From assembly GCF_006345805.1 (NCBI RefSeq), contig NC_043006.1, forward strand, positions 97,774,001 through 97,838,000: 64,000 nt of DNA. The letters run 5' to 3'. The DNA comes from Octopus sinensis. Its lineage: Eukaryota. Every line of letters begins with the position of its first letter. Position 1 is the stretch's first letter. Both the position numbers and the translations under genes were made by a program. Of the stretch, positions 1 to 11,884 are shown one piece after another. The notes beneath the pieces are model-generated. The model was not told the DNA's origin, did not search any database, and was given only the letters and a program-made list of their open reading frames with translations.

Positions 1-1109
1 AGCTACTTAACTTGCTATGTGACAGTATGGGCACCAAACCAAATGTATGCGTATGCCTACATCTTAGTGGATGCTTGCATGAGCGAGTGTACATGCGCCA
101 TACAACTTACGCGAGGGCGTTTATACATCCATATTCGTTAACAGTTATTTTAAATACTTTTTTCACTGCATTGTGTGTTCGTTTCTTTTCTGCATCTGCT
201 ATTTTATTATTGATCTTCTATATAAATGAAACTATATCCTTTAATTTGCTGCTTTTCGTTACAAGAAATGAGAATATACATTAGAGAACTGTTATTTTAG
301 CATGTTGTTTTACCGACTTGTATCTGTTTGCCACCCGAAGAGACAAATCTGCGCCGTTGGATGCTCCTGAGTCAGTTGTTAAGTATTCCACCCGTGAAGG
401 ATCGATACTACATGTGTCGAAACAATTGCAGTGATTAATAAAAATTCTCGTGCCTTCCATTTTCCATCTTTCATTTACCACACACACACACACACGCACA
501 CACACACACACACACACACATGCACACACACACATATTTATATAAAGAGATATTGATAGAGATATGCATACACACATATGTATACATATAAATATATTTA
601 AATTTACACAGTGCTTGCTCACAAATACCCATTTATACAAACGGTCGTAGAACTGCTCACATAGATCTATGTGCAATCATACGATGTTCGTGTCATAATT
701 GCAAAGGATATTCTTAGATTCAAAGAAAATTTGTTTGTCTCAACTGAACATTAGCATTCTTCAAAAGTAAAATAGAAATATTTTCTGATATTGCATAAGT
801 AACGTAAGTAATATAATATTATAAGATTCATTCATGATCAAACGGATGGCTTATAAAGGAATTCGCTTTTGTAATGATTCGGATAGTTTAACATATTTTT
901 AATAACTATCACATGTTTGAACTAACCTATTGCGCATAGCGTTGGATTAAACGCGTTTCTCATTTTGGATATGTGTTTCTGTCAGATCAGGATATCAAAG
1001 TGTGAGATCGTTTTGTTATTTATTCGATATTTATTACATCGTGTTGCTCGATTCAGCTATTTAAAAAAAAAAGATATATTGTGGATACGCGCACGCAATT
1101 TCTTACAGT

Positions 1110-1690
<581 letters not shown>

Positions 1691-1911
1691 CATATATATT
1701 GCTATAGGCCTGAAATACATATGATCGACAAAACTTGACTGAAACTCTTCTAAATGTTACTAACAAGTCGCATCTTCATAATAATAAAATTACTGAAAAA
1801 TTTTGTTTCCTCTAATTTAATAGCTCATCATAATCGCAGATTGTGAGAAGTAAAATTTGTGTGATAACTGAATTGTGACAAATCATTAAAGCTCTATTGT
1901 AGAATACACAC

Positions 1912-1914
1912 ATG

Positions 1915-1975
<61 letters not shown>

Positions 1976-2134
1976 TGTATATATATATGGATTTTTATAT
2001 ATGCATATATATACCACACACACGCATATATATATTTATATGCTTACATACATATATATGTATGCATACACGCACTTATATATATATATATATATAGATA
2101 TATATATATATGTATATATATGTGTGTGTGTGTG

Positions 2135-2167
<33 letters not shown>

Positions 2168-2274
2168 CGTGTGTATACATATATATACATACATATATTA
2201 ATTTTAAAATACATACACACAAGCGCGTGGACACAGACAAACAGACACACATACACACACACACACATACATAC

Positions 2275-2311
<37 letters not shown>

Positions 2312-2341
2312 AAGAGAGAGAACAAAGTGTACGTACACCGT

Positions 2342-2373
<32 letters not shown>

Positions 2374-2390
2374 ATATATATATATATATG
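1912..2390. repeat. Compound (CA)n/(TA)n/(TG)n/(AG)n microsatellites
   Basis: Direct inspection. Confidence 0.95.
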
Positions 2391-2879
2391 TAAATACAAA
2401 ATGGGTCAAAAACGCAAAACATCCGGACAACTAGGTGATACAAAAAGGGACAACCATTTCTTTGCCTTCATACTCACATTTCACTTGACTATGTCCCTGT
2501 CTCTTTTTATTTCTCGTCCTGCCTTTAATTCTTCTGTCCATCTGCTTCTACAACTCTCTGTCTATGTTTGTCTCTCTCTCTTCTCCTATCCCTCCTTAAT
2601 TCTTTTGTTCATCTTTTTTCTCTCTTCTCTTCCCACGTGACAGAGAGGCTAGACTACTAGCCCTCTTTGCATTTAACTGTGATCACTGCTACATCGATAT
2701 TCTTCCCTGTGTTCGTGAAAGTTTTTTATCCCTGCCGTAAGGCTCCATTTCCACAGCTGAATTCAATTCGTCCCCAGTCGAAAGACCTGTCTTTGGTTTT
2801 TTGTATCGTCTATCTGGATATTTTGTTGCCTCTTTTTGTATCACCTAGTTGTTATCCCATTTTGTATTTCATATTTATA

Positions 2880-3625
2880 TACAAGGGCGTGCCCAAAACT
2901 GACGGGAATCTTCTTTGTGGGATAAGCCTAATGTAGTTTAGGCTTCCGCCGTTAGACGCCACTTGATGCGACCCTAATGCATCAGTCTGTCGACCGGCCT
3001 CCTCTACTGAAACCGTACGCCGCGTAGTACCTTTTTCTTTTGCAATGCTTCTCCGATTTTTTTTTGCGATGGCTGAAACGAAAGAGCAGCGTGCTTCCGT
3101 GAAATTCTGTTTTTTGCTGAGGAGAACGGCGGCCTATACAGCTGTCATACTTAACAAAGTTTACAAGGACATTGCCATGATCAAAACCCAAGTTTACGAG
3201 TGGTTTCCACACTTGATGCTTGACGACCAGCCTCGTTCAAGACGACCGTCGACCTCACGCACGAATGAAAATTCATGAACTGATCTTGGAGGACCGTCAC
3301 CGAACAACTGACGAACTTGTTGATGTGACTGGTGTGTACTGGGGCTCCTGCCAATGAATTTCGAGTGAGGAATTCCGAATGTAAAGAGTTGCACAAAATT
3401 TGTGCCTCGCTTACTCTCCGAAGAACAAAAGTAATCACGACTGAATTCGTGCCGTGAACTGAAAAAAACAGTTGGAAGTTGATCCACACCTTGTTTCGTA
3501 GGTCATGACCGGTGACGAAAGCTCGTGCTACGGAATTTGCAGATGTGGAGGAGGTGTTAGAAGGCATCACTTAGCAAGTGTCCCAGCACTGCTTCGAATA
3601 GTGGGAACCGCACCTGGACCGTTCT
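2880..3625 (+). mobile_element. Internally deleted mariner transposon (irritans-like), transposase pseudogene
   Basis: Starts TACAAGGGCGTGCCCAAAA (TA plus TIR-like). Encodes MAETKEQRASVKFCFLL..TQVYEWF..DDQPRSRRPSTSRT, VMTGDES and a C-terminal EFADVEEV..WEPHLDR piece, with frameshifts. Confidence 0.9.
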
Positions 3626-3629
3626 CTTG

Positions 3630-4010
3630 CTATGACCTTGACAAAGAAAACCACTCTACATTAGGAGCAAATCCGTTTCCCGCAATACAGACAAATTCCA
3701 CTCAGTGAACATATAGAAAAACGTGCAGATGACATCAAACCAAATTTCACAGTCTTCCCTTTCTACCAGCGCAAAGACGCAATCTCTCCACTTGAACGTT
3801 TCAATAAAGAAACCTTTTTCATTGAAAAATACAAATCACGTCTTAATATGCACGCATAACCAACTTTTATGTTTTTACATATTTCAATTAACGATTACAT
3901 CACTGTACATAAATCACATACTAAACAAGGTTTTTGAAAATTGTCTCTATCTGTATACATATATAATCTCCACTCATTACCGAAAGCTGAACAGTTATCT
4001 CCCTTACCCA
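3630..4010 (+). mobile_element. Penelope-like element 3' fragment (GIY-YIG C-terminus plus 3' UTR)
   Basis: Translates QIRFPQYRQIPLSEHIEKRADDIKPNFTVFPFYQ..ERFNKETFFIEKYKSRLN*. A homologous copy lies at 33995-34365 (-). Confidence 0.8.
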
Positions 4011-4037
4011 CAACAATAACAATAATAACGACAACCA

Positions 4038-4205
4038 ATAGGCGCAGGAGTGGCTGTGTGGTAAGTAGCTTGTTTACCAACCACATGGTTCCGGGTTCAG
4101 TCCCACTGCGTGGCACCTTGGGCGAGTGTCTTCTACTATATCCTCGGGCCGACCAAAGCCTTGTGAGTGGATTTGTTAGACGAAAACTAAAAGAAGCCCG
4201 TCGTA

Positions 4206-4243
<38 letters not shown>

Positions 4244-4470
4244 TATGCGTGTGTGTGTTTGTGTGTCTGTGTTTGTCCACCTAGCATTGCTTGACAACCA
4301 ATGCTGGTGAGTTTATGTCCCCGTTAATTAGCGGTTCGGCACAAAGGATCGATAGAATAAGGACTGAGCTTACAAAAGAATAAGTCCCGGGGTCGAGTTG
4401 CTCGATTAAAGGCAGTGCTCCAGCATGGCCGCAGTCAAATGACTGAAACAAGTAAAAGAGTAAAAAGAGT
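4038..4470 (+). mobile_element. SINE family A (tRNA-derived head, internal (TA)n(TG)n, tail ..GACTGAAACAAGTAAAAGAG)
   Basis: A-box GGCTGTGTGGTAAG, B-box GGTTCAGTCCC, CCTTGGGCAAGT-type box; about 15 homologues in the window. Confidence 0.95.
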
Positions 4471-4479
4471 AATTACATC

Positions 4480-4660
4480 CTTTTATTTATCTACTTGTGA
4501 AGTCATTCACTCGTGAATTTCATCACACATAACATGGACCAAATTTCTTCGTATATATTCAAATAAGTAAAACATAATTTCATGAATAGCGATAGCGAAA
4601 CCGGTCGATATATTAAAAATTATATTAAAGCTATGTAAGTGTGCGTATTTTCCTTCTTTA
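4480..4660. mobile_element. PLE pLTR-like dispersed repeat containing a hammerhead motif
   Basis: Homologous to 33790-33970 in the opposite orientation. Confidence 0.65.
4577..4611 (+). ncRNA. Minimal type I hammerhead ribozyme variant (A3-U8 core)
   Basis: tttc-ATGAATA-GC GATA GC-GAAAC CG GTC^-gata. Palindromic stem III ACCGGT, GUC triplet, imperfect stem I. Confidence 0.6.
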
Positions 4661-4663
4661 ACT

Positions 4664-4733
<70 letters not shown>

Positions 4734-4792
4734 TGAGTGTTTGAGTATATGTGTTTCATTTGGTGTGCTGTGGTATAGCGTATGCGTTTGTA

Positions 4793-4864
<72 letters not shown>

Positions 4865-5459
4865 GTCACTTGGCTAATTGACAAGCAGAATTCCATATCT
4901 GTAGCCTCTAATACCGAATTTTCTCCGAGTTTTGTCGCAGAAGCATGAATAAAAAAGAACTAACTGATACTAATATAAACAGCGACCAGGCGAACCCTCT
5001 AGGATTAAAGAGGTTTAGCCGGAATTGTAGTGATATCGTCTATACTCATATTTAGTAAGTGATGTTTTTAATGCTAAGAGAGTGTGGTAATCGTGGTTGT
5101 TATTGCTTAACATCATGCCTGTGATCGAACACATCGAAGAAAAAAATCGTTTAAGCTTTGACAGTGCTGTCTTAATTTCAGGCACTTATTTTGCTCTTTT
5201 GATCGTAGAATGACGATTGAATGTTATTTGGATATTATTTCTAATTGTCTGAATATCACCGCTCAGAGGATTTGCCGTAGGCTAGAAATTGAATAGGTGT
5301 ATAATGGATGGTATAGTTTTATTTGTTTGAAATATAAAACCATGTCTTAGTCAATCAATACGTTTCTCCGAGCTTCAAACAACCGAACTATTGACTAACT
5401 TTCTGCTAAACACAATGTTGAACAAAATGTCGTATATAGATGACCTACAACATTATTAC

Positions 5460-5476
5460 CTTCAGATATGCATCAG
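5460..5476 (-). CDS. Candidate 17-nt micro-exon (xDAYLK), gene unknown
   Basis: Minus strand aaacttttcttctacag|CTGATGCATATCTGAAG|gtaata. Splice signals only. Confidence 0.15.
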
Positions 5477-6599
5477 CTGTAGAAGAAAAGTTTATTCTCA
5501 GCAATCATTACAATTGAAATGCGTTAGCCTTCTGTTAAACACCACTTGTTTACAAGAGGCAGCAAATAATTATTTAATATGAGATAACGCCGTTGAAAAC
5601 CGAGCAATTCTTAAAAGGGAATCCATAAAGTGACACCGATAAATACGTTAGTGATCTAGCGACACAATGTTATTAAATCGTTAGCTGTTGATTTTGAATT
5701 TGAAAGCGTTGGAAATAATAAAATCAGCCATTTATTAATTAAATATGTAGTTATTACCCTTATTATAAATGGCTAATATCAATCAATCTCATTTCCTGCC
5801 GCCATTAGATATTTATAGATATAGTTAGAAAGTCGCTGCACGGCCAATAAACAAAGCCCATAAAAATCATGCTAGATAATCGAATATATGTTCCCTCCAT
5901 GCATCCCTTGCGTAGTTCATCCTTAAATTAAAGGTACTTGACATTATCAAACACATTTTCTCGCTAATACATAGACATTATGTTCAGCGGTTTATCATGA
6001 TTTGGATTTCCAGCATAAATTGCCAGAATGTTGCTCATAACTTTCCATCATAGAGTTCACTTTGGTTCATTAATCCACAAATGCTATTCAAAGACATCGC
6101 ATAATTTCCATTATTTAGATAAACACGAAGCGTCACTGAGAAAATACAACAATACCACTACGATAACGGCTTCCGTTTCATTCCTATTTAAACTATTCTA
6201 CGTTTCAGAATTTCCGATTCTTCAACTTATGCATCATATCCACTTGTTGAAAGCTCAAATCAAGTATATAATCACCGATGTGGCGTAATTTTTCGTGTCA
6301 CGCAAGACATTGAAACTAATATTAAACACATTTGTAAGTAACGTGTACCTAAAAAATTTACAAATGTTGTGAATTTTCCGGATAAATAAATTGACTTGCC
6401 ACACGTTTAGTGAATAGATAAGTTCCTGTTAAAATCAGAAAAAAAGTATGTGTACGAATATTTAATATGTACAATGAGTCATCGAGTGTGATTTACATCA
6501 TTTATTTTTAAAGTATTCTGTTTGTATGATATGTGATAGAAATAACTCGTAACTTCTACGTTTTGTGATATGACGAAATCTTGAACTATACATACACAT

Positions 6600-6955
6600 A
6601 TAGATGCAGTCGTCCATCCATTTTCGACCACATTTTTTTTGGTCATCCATAGATCCTAACGGAAGCAATCATCATTACATCATCCACCTGGTTTCCCTAA
6701 CACGACCAACTGAGATTCTGAATGTTACCCAAACATCTCATTCTTGGTTTATCTCTAGGTTTCCGGCCGGTTGACACAGCTTCAACAACCCGTCTTGTGA
6801 TCCTTTCCTGCAACATTCTAATCGCATGCCCGTAGTGCAGGTGCGACCATCTGTCATTTTGAAGTAGTGGCTCAACCAGAGAGACTGCCTGATTTCCGAG
6901 TCACGCAATCCCGCCCAGTAACGATGCTCCAGAGAACAATCAGAGGAACTTCATT
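6600..6955 (-). mobile_element. RTE-clade LINE 3' fragment
   Basis: Minus translation LRDSEIRQSL..HYGHAIRMLQERITRRVVEAVSTGRKPRDKPRMRCLGNIQNL matches the RTE C-terminal WxGHVxRM..GRRPRGRPR pattern. Confidence 0.8.
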
Positions 6956-7012
6956 ATGGTCGCTTATATTTGCAATCGCACCTGTTCGAAATGTACCCAA
7001 CATTCATGACCA

Positions 7013-7161
7013 CGTGAGTGGCTGTGCTTACCAACCACAAAGTTTCGGGTTCAGTCCCTCGGCGTGGCACCTTTTGCAAGTGTCTCTCTCCTACTATAGC
7101 CTCGGACCGACCAAAGCCTTGTGAGTGGAGTTGGTAGACGGAAACTGAAAGAAGCCCGTCG

Positions 7162-7208
<47 letters not shown>

Positions 7209-7445
7209 ATGTGTGTGTGTGTGTATGTGTGTGTGTGTGTTTTGTGTCTATGTGTATTGCCCCAGCATCGCTTCACAACTGATGCTGGTGTGTGTACGTC
7301 CTCGTAACTTAGCGGTTCGGCAAAAGGGACCGATAGAATAAGTACTAAGCTTACAAAGAATATGTCCTGGGGTCGATTTTCTCGACTAAACGTGGTGCTC
7401 CAGCATGGCCGAAGTCAAATTAGTGAAACAAATAAAAGAAAAGAA
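7013..7445 (+). mobile_element. SINE family A
   Basis: Homology to 4038-4470. Confidence 0.9.
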
Positions 7446-7566
7446 TAGGTCAAAATAGGCGCGGAAATGGAACTCAAGAAAGTCAGTTTCACTTTTTTTC
7501 CAGATTCTCCACTTCTGGAAATAATTGAATGCTGGAGCTGATGCCAATGTGTCAGCATCTACAAAC

Positions 7567-7661
7567 CTGGCATCGAATACAAGCATTCCATCACTCGTGA
7601 ATAGAGGCCTGAATCCTTTCTCCACATCCTCCAGTGACATTCTATTAACATGCAGGTTGCA
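7567..7661 (-). CDS. Candidate coding exon (CNLHVNRMSLEDVEKGFRPLFTSDGMLVFDA), gene unknown
   Basis: Non-repetitive island with acceptor ttcccttatgtatgtttttgcag and possible donor AG|GTTTGT. The frame stays open further to ..FQKWRIWKK. No protein recognised. Confidence 0.3.
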
Positions 7662-7821
7662 CTGCAAAAACATACATAAGGGAATCAATGTCTCAGTCTT
7701 ACGCACATAGATACAGAGAGAGACATAGACACAGATATGTATGTATTTGTACGCACACACACACACACATACGCATTTATATTTATGTATGTATATGTAT
7801 ATATATATATATGTATACAGT

Positions 7822-8030
7822 TATTAATAGTTATCGCCTTACTAATATGGCAGTCTATAAACATAAGACTAAAGCTGTCGCTGATTAGCTCCCCTGTTCG
7901 AAGGTTGTAATGGACGCAGGTTCAAGTGTCATATAGCTAGCTGGAGGCGATGGCCTCTTGGAGCTAATCAGCGACAGCTTTAGTTTTATATTTATAGACT
8001 GCCATATTAGTATGGCGATAACTATTAATA
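7822..8030. repeat. Inverted repeat, arms of about 70 bp (7822-7892 / 7960-8030)
   Basis: Arms are reverse complements with few mismatches. The right arm continues into a repeat also seen near 36720-36800. Confidence 0.9.
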
Positions 8031-8340
8031 TCCAGTAACGCTGCCGTAATCTCCTTTAGCTAGACTTAGTAATTTTAATATTTCTATTATTGTATACAGT
8101 TATTTATATATGTAAACATTACATATACAACAGTTCAACATGTAAAACCCTTAATTTAGACTCGTACTTTTGTTACCATATTTTCTCTCTCCATTTGTCT
8201 TCTTTCGCTATTTCTTACTGAAGAAGAGCGGAGGCTCGAAACATCAAAACATTTTCCCATTACTCTTGAGTATCAAACAAATATACCCTATATTTTGCTC
8301 TTTCATTTCTTTCTGTATAATATTTTGGCATATTTACGAA
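7960..8340 (+). mobile_element. PLE pLTR-like repeat with degenerate hammerhead motif at 8218-8250
   Basis: CTGAAGA AGAGC GGAG GCTC GAAAC ATC AAAAC; stem I is poor. Confidence 0.55.
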
Positions 8341-8574
8341 AAATATACATTACATACACATGCATATACTTTGGTACATACATATACACACATATAATCT
8401 ACGTGTGTGGACGTGTATAAATATTAAGTGAATTCTTTTACTGCGTATACAACTGTATATATTATTGAATGTATGTATCTGTATGTATGTGTATATGTAC
8501 ATAAGTATATGAGTAAGTTTGTCTTTTGTCTCTCTGTCTGTCTATTTGTGTGCGTATATATTTATGTATATATG

Positions 8575-8683
<109 letters not shown>

Positions 8684-8812
8684 TATATATATCACAATCA
8701 AGGAACGGCCATAATAGACCATTCACCCACTAGAAATAACAGCCAAAGCTTCAACCGCAAAATAACATTAATTCCGTAAACCAGGAGAAAATTAAAAAAC
8801 ATTTACCCTGTA

Positions 8813-8919
8813 ATTTCTTATACGATGCACCGTTTCATCTACTGTTTAATGGTAAACTAACCTGATTAAATTAAATCAAGCCAATCTTCCATAGGCCCTT
8901 AGAATCGTCAGTAAGAAAT
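8813..8919 (-). ncRNA. Type I hammerhead ribozyme (inverted unit)
   Basis: Reverse complement of the motif at 9341-9447. Confidence 0.75.
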
Positions 8920-9340
8920 AGCCAGATCGGAACAGATATTTTCACGAGGCATTTCTGTCCCTGCCTCGGCAATATCTGACCTAAAATTTTCAAATCATCG
9001 CACTCGCGCCAAATTTAACGGCAGCATATAAATATAAGCCGCCGATTCCATTACGGAATTAACCAGAAAATTCATAATTAATCAATATAGGGTGGCAAAA
9101 AATTTTGTAGAATTTTTTTGCCACCAGCGGCCTAGTGGGAAAAAATTAAATAGTCATAGACCATTTTTAAGTTCAACATCACAATCAAGGAACGGCCATA
9201 ATAGGCCATTCACCCACTAGAAATATATTTATATGCTGCCGATAAATCTGGCGCGAGTGCGATGATTTGAAAATTTTAGGTCAGATATTGCCGAGGCAGG
9301 GACAGAAATGCCTCGTGAAAATATCTGTTCCGATCTGGCT

Positions 9341-9447
9341 ATTTCTTACTGACGATTCTAAGGGCCTATGGAAGATTGGCTTGATTTAATTTAATCAGGT
9401 TAGTTTACCATTAAACAGTAGATGAAACGGTGCATCGTATAAGAAAT
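9341..9447 (+). ncRNA. Type I hammerhead ribozyme, predicted cleavage after A9439
   Basis: Stem I ATTTCTTA/TAAGAAAT (8 bp), CTGACGA, 68-nt stem II region, GAAAC, near-palindromic stem III ACGGTGCATCGT, GTA triplet. Confidence 0.8.
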
Positions 9448-9829
9448 TACAGGGTAAATGTTTTTTTTAATTTTCTCCTGGTTTACGGAATTAATGTTAT
9501 TTTGCGGTTGAAGCTTTGGCTGTTATTTCTAGTGGGTGAATGGCCTATTATTGCCGTTCCTTGATTGTGATGTTGAACTTAAAAATGGTCTATGACTATT
9601 TAATTTTTTCCCACTAGGCCGCTGGTGGCAAAAAAATTCTACAAAATTTTTTGCCACCCTATATTGATTAATTATGAATTTTCTGGTTAATTCCGTAATG
9701 GAATCGGCGGCCTATATTTATATGCTGCCGATAAATTTGGCGCGAGCGCGATGATTTGAAAATTTTAGGTCAGATATTGCCGAGGCAGGGACAGAAATGC
9801 CTCGTGAAAATATCTCTTCCGATCTGGCT

Positions 9830-9936
9830 ATTTCTTACTGACGATTCTAAGGGCCTATGGAAGATTGGCTTGATTTAATTTAATCAGGTTAGTTTACCAT
9901 TAAACAGTAGATGAAACGGTGCATCGTATAAGAAAT
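9830..9936 (+). ncRNA. Type I hammerhead ribozyme, predicted cleavage after A9928
   Basis: Identical motif. Confidence 0.8.
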
Positions 9937-10315
9937 TACAGGGTAAATGTTTTTTAATTTTCTCCTGGTTTACGGAATTAATGTTATTTTGCGGTTGAAG
10001 CTTTGGCTGTTATTTCTAGTGGGTGAATGGCCTATTATGGCCGTTCCTTGATTGTGATGTTGAACTTAAAAATGGTCTATGACTATTTAATTTTTTCCCA
10101 CTAGGCCGCTGGTGGCAAAAAAATTCTACAAAATTTTTTGCCACCCTATATTGATTAATTATGAATTTTCTGGTAATTCCGTAATGGAATCGGCGGCTTA
10201 TATTTATATGCTGCCGATAAATTTGGCGCGAGTGCGATGATTTGAAAATTTTAGGTCAGATATTGCCGAGGCAGGGACAGAAATGCCTCGTGAAAATATC
10301 TGTTCCGATCTGGCT

Positions 10316-10422
10316 ATTTCTTACTGACGATTCTAAGGGCCTATGGAAGATTGGCTTGATTTAATTTAATCAGGTTAGTTTACCATTAAACAGTAGATGA
10401 AACGGTGCATCGTATAAGAAAT
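10316..10422 (+). ncRNA. Type I hammerhead ribozyme, predicted cleavage after A10414
   Basis: Identical motif. Confidence 0.8.
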
Positions 10423-10801
10423 TACAGGGTAAATGTTATTTAATTTTCTCCTGGTTTACGGAATTAAAGTTATTTTGCGGTTGAAGCTTTGGCTGTTATT
10501 TCTAGTGGGTGAATGGCCTATTATTGCCGTTCCTTGATTGTGATGTTGAACTTAAAAATGGTCTATGACTATTTAATTTTTTCCCACTAGGCCGCTGGTG
10601 GCAAAAAATTCTACAAAATTTTTTGCCACCCTATATTGATTAATTATGAATTTTCTGGTTAATTCCGTAATGGAATCGGCGGCTTATATTTATATGCTGC
10701 CGATAAATTTGGCGCGAGTGCGATGATTTGAAAATTTTAGGTCAGATATTGCCGAGGCAGGGACAGAAATGCCTCGTGAAAATATCTGTTCCGATCTGGC
10801 T

Positions 10802-10908
10802 ATTTCTTACTGACGATTCTAAGGGCCTATGGAAGATTGGCTTGATTTAATTTAATCAGGTTAGTTTACCATTAAACAGTAGATGAAACGGTGCATCGTA
10901 TAAGAAAT
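10802..10908 (+). ncRNA. Type I hammerhead ribozyme, predicted cleavage after A10900
   Basis: Identical motif. Confidence 0.8.
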
Positions 10909-11126
10909 TACAGGGTAAATGTTTTTTAATTTTCTCCTGGTTTACGGAATCAAAGTTATTTTGCGGTTGAAGCTTTGGGTGTTATTTCTAGTGGGTGAAT
11001 GGTCTATTATGGCCGTTCCTTGATTGTGATGTTGAACTTAAAAATGGTCTATGACTATTTAATTTTTTCCCACTAGGCCGCTGGTGGCAAAAAAATTCTA
11101 CAAAATTTTTTGCCACCCTATATTGA

Positions 11127-11173
<47 letters not shown>

Positions 11174-11179
11174 ATATAT

Positions 11180-11844
11180 ACTAGCAGTAATACCCGTCGT
11201 CATCGGATAATTACTCTTACTCTTTCTCAGGAGTCACATTAAAAGTATTATTATATATATATAATAGATTTCTCAACGGGGATTGCAGGGAGTCGCTGGC
11301 GATGTATCGCGATGATCAAAAATCCGGCCAGCTAAAATTTGGTTAAAGTGATTCAAACTGCAGACTCAACGCAAAATGGTCACATTTAATTCAACGCGTT
11401 AAAAATGTTATGAAAACAATTGGTATGTGTTCACAAAGTCCAAACAATTAATACGAAAAAACCCTCCAGGCTATATCCCGAAAATTCATTTCTTTGCCGA
11501 ATTTCTACAATGTTTACGGCGATTCGTTTTTAATAACTTGATTTTTTATTTTTCATGCAATTTACGCATGCTTACACGCGTGGTGAACACAGTTCACGTC
11601 ACACAGCTGACTGAGTAAAGTTCACTATTCAATGCATAGGATAAGGCCTAAACAAACACATTATCGATTTTTACACTTGCGAGATGAATTTCGGAACAGA
11701 AATAGTGCAGTTAAAGTTTCATTCGCCTAAACTTTAAGTGACCCATATTTGGTGGTTCTACGATTTGTTGGCTGGGAGAAGATGTGCCGGGAAGTTAAAC
11801 ACACAGACACACACACAGATACGCACTCAAACACACAAGTTGAG

Positions 11845-11850
<6 letters not shown>
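11180..11850 (+). mobile_element. Non-autonomous Helitron/Helentron-like element (Lep1/DINE-1 style)
   Basis: 5' ACTAGC..ACCCGTCGTCATCGG short hairpin; 3' (CA/CAGA) tract followed by GAGTTATATATA; inserted in (TA)n. Confidence 0.7.

Positions 11851-11884
<34 letters not shown>

Larger units (their letters stand above)
8691..11133. mobile_element. Hammerhead-containing tandem array (retrozyme-like): 1.1 inverted units (8691-9225) plus about 3.9 tandem units of 486-489 bp (9224-11133)
   Basis: Near-identical units with private SNPs; flanked by (TA)n on both sides; one hammerhead per unit. Confidence 0.9.

Noticed and set aside
3181-3570. Minus-strand ORFs of 97-129 aa
   Set aside because: Antisense shadows of the mariner pseudogene.
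4038-4120. tRNA genes at SINE heads (also 31400-31470, 46730-46807, 47170-47220)
   Set aside because: A/B boxes are present, but there is no complete cloverleaf and they continue into SINE bodies.
8691-11133. Possible CRISPR-like or simple satellite interpretation of the array
   Set aside because: Units are contiguous approximately 487-bp repeats without unique spacers, in a eukaryotic context with no cas genes.
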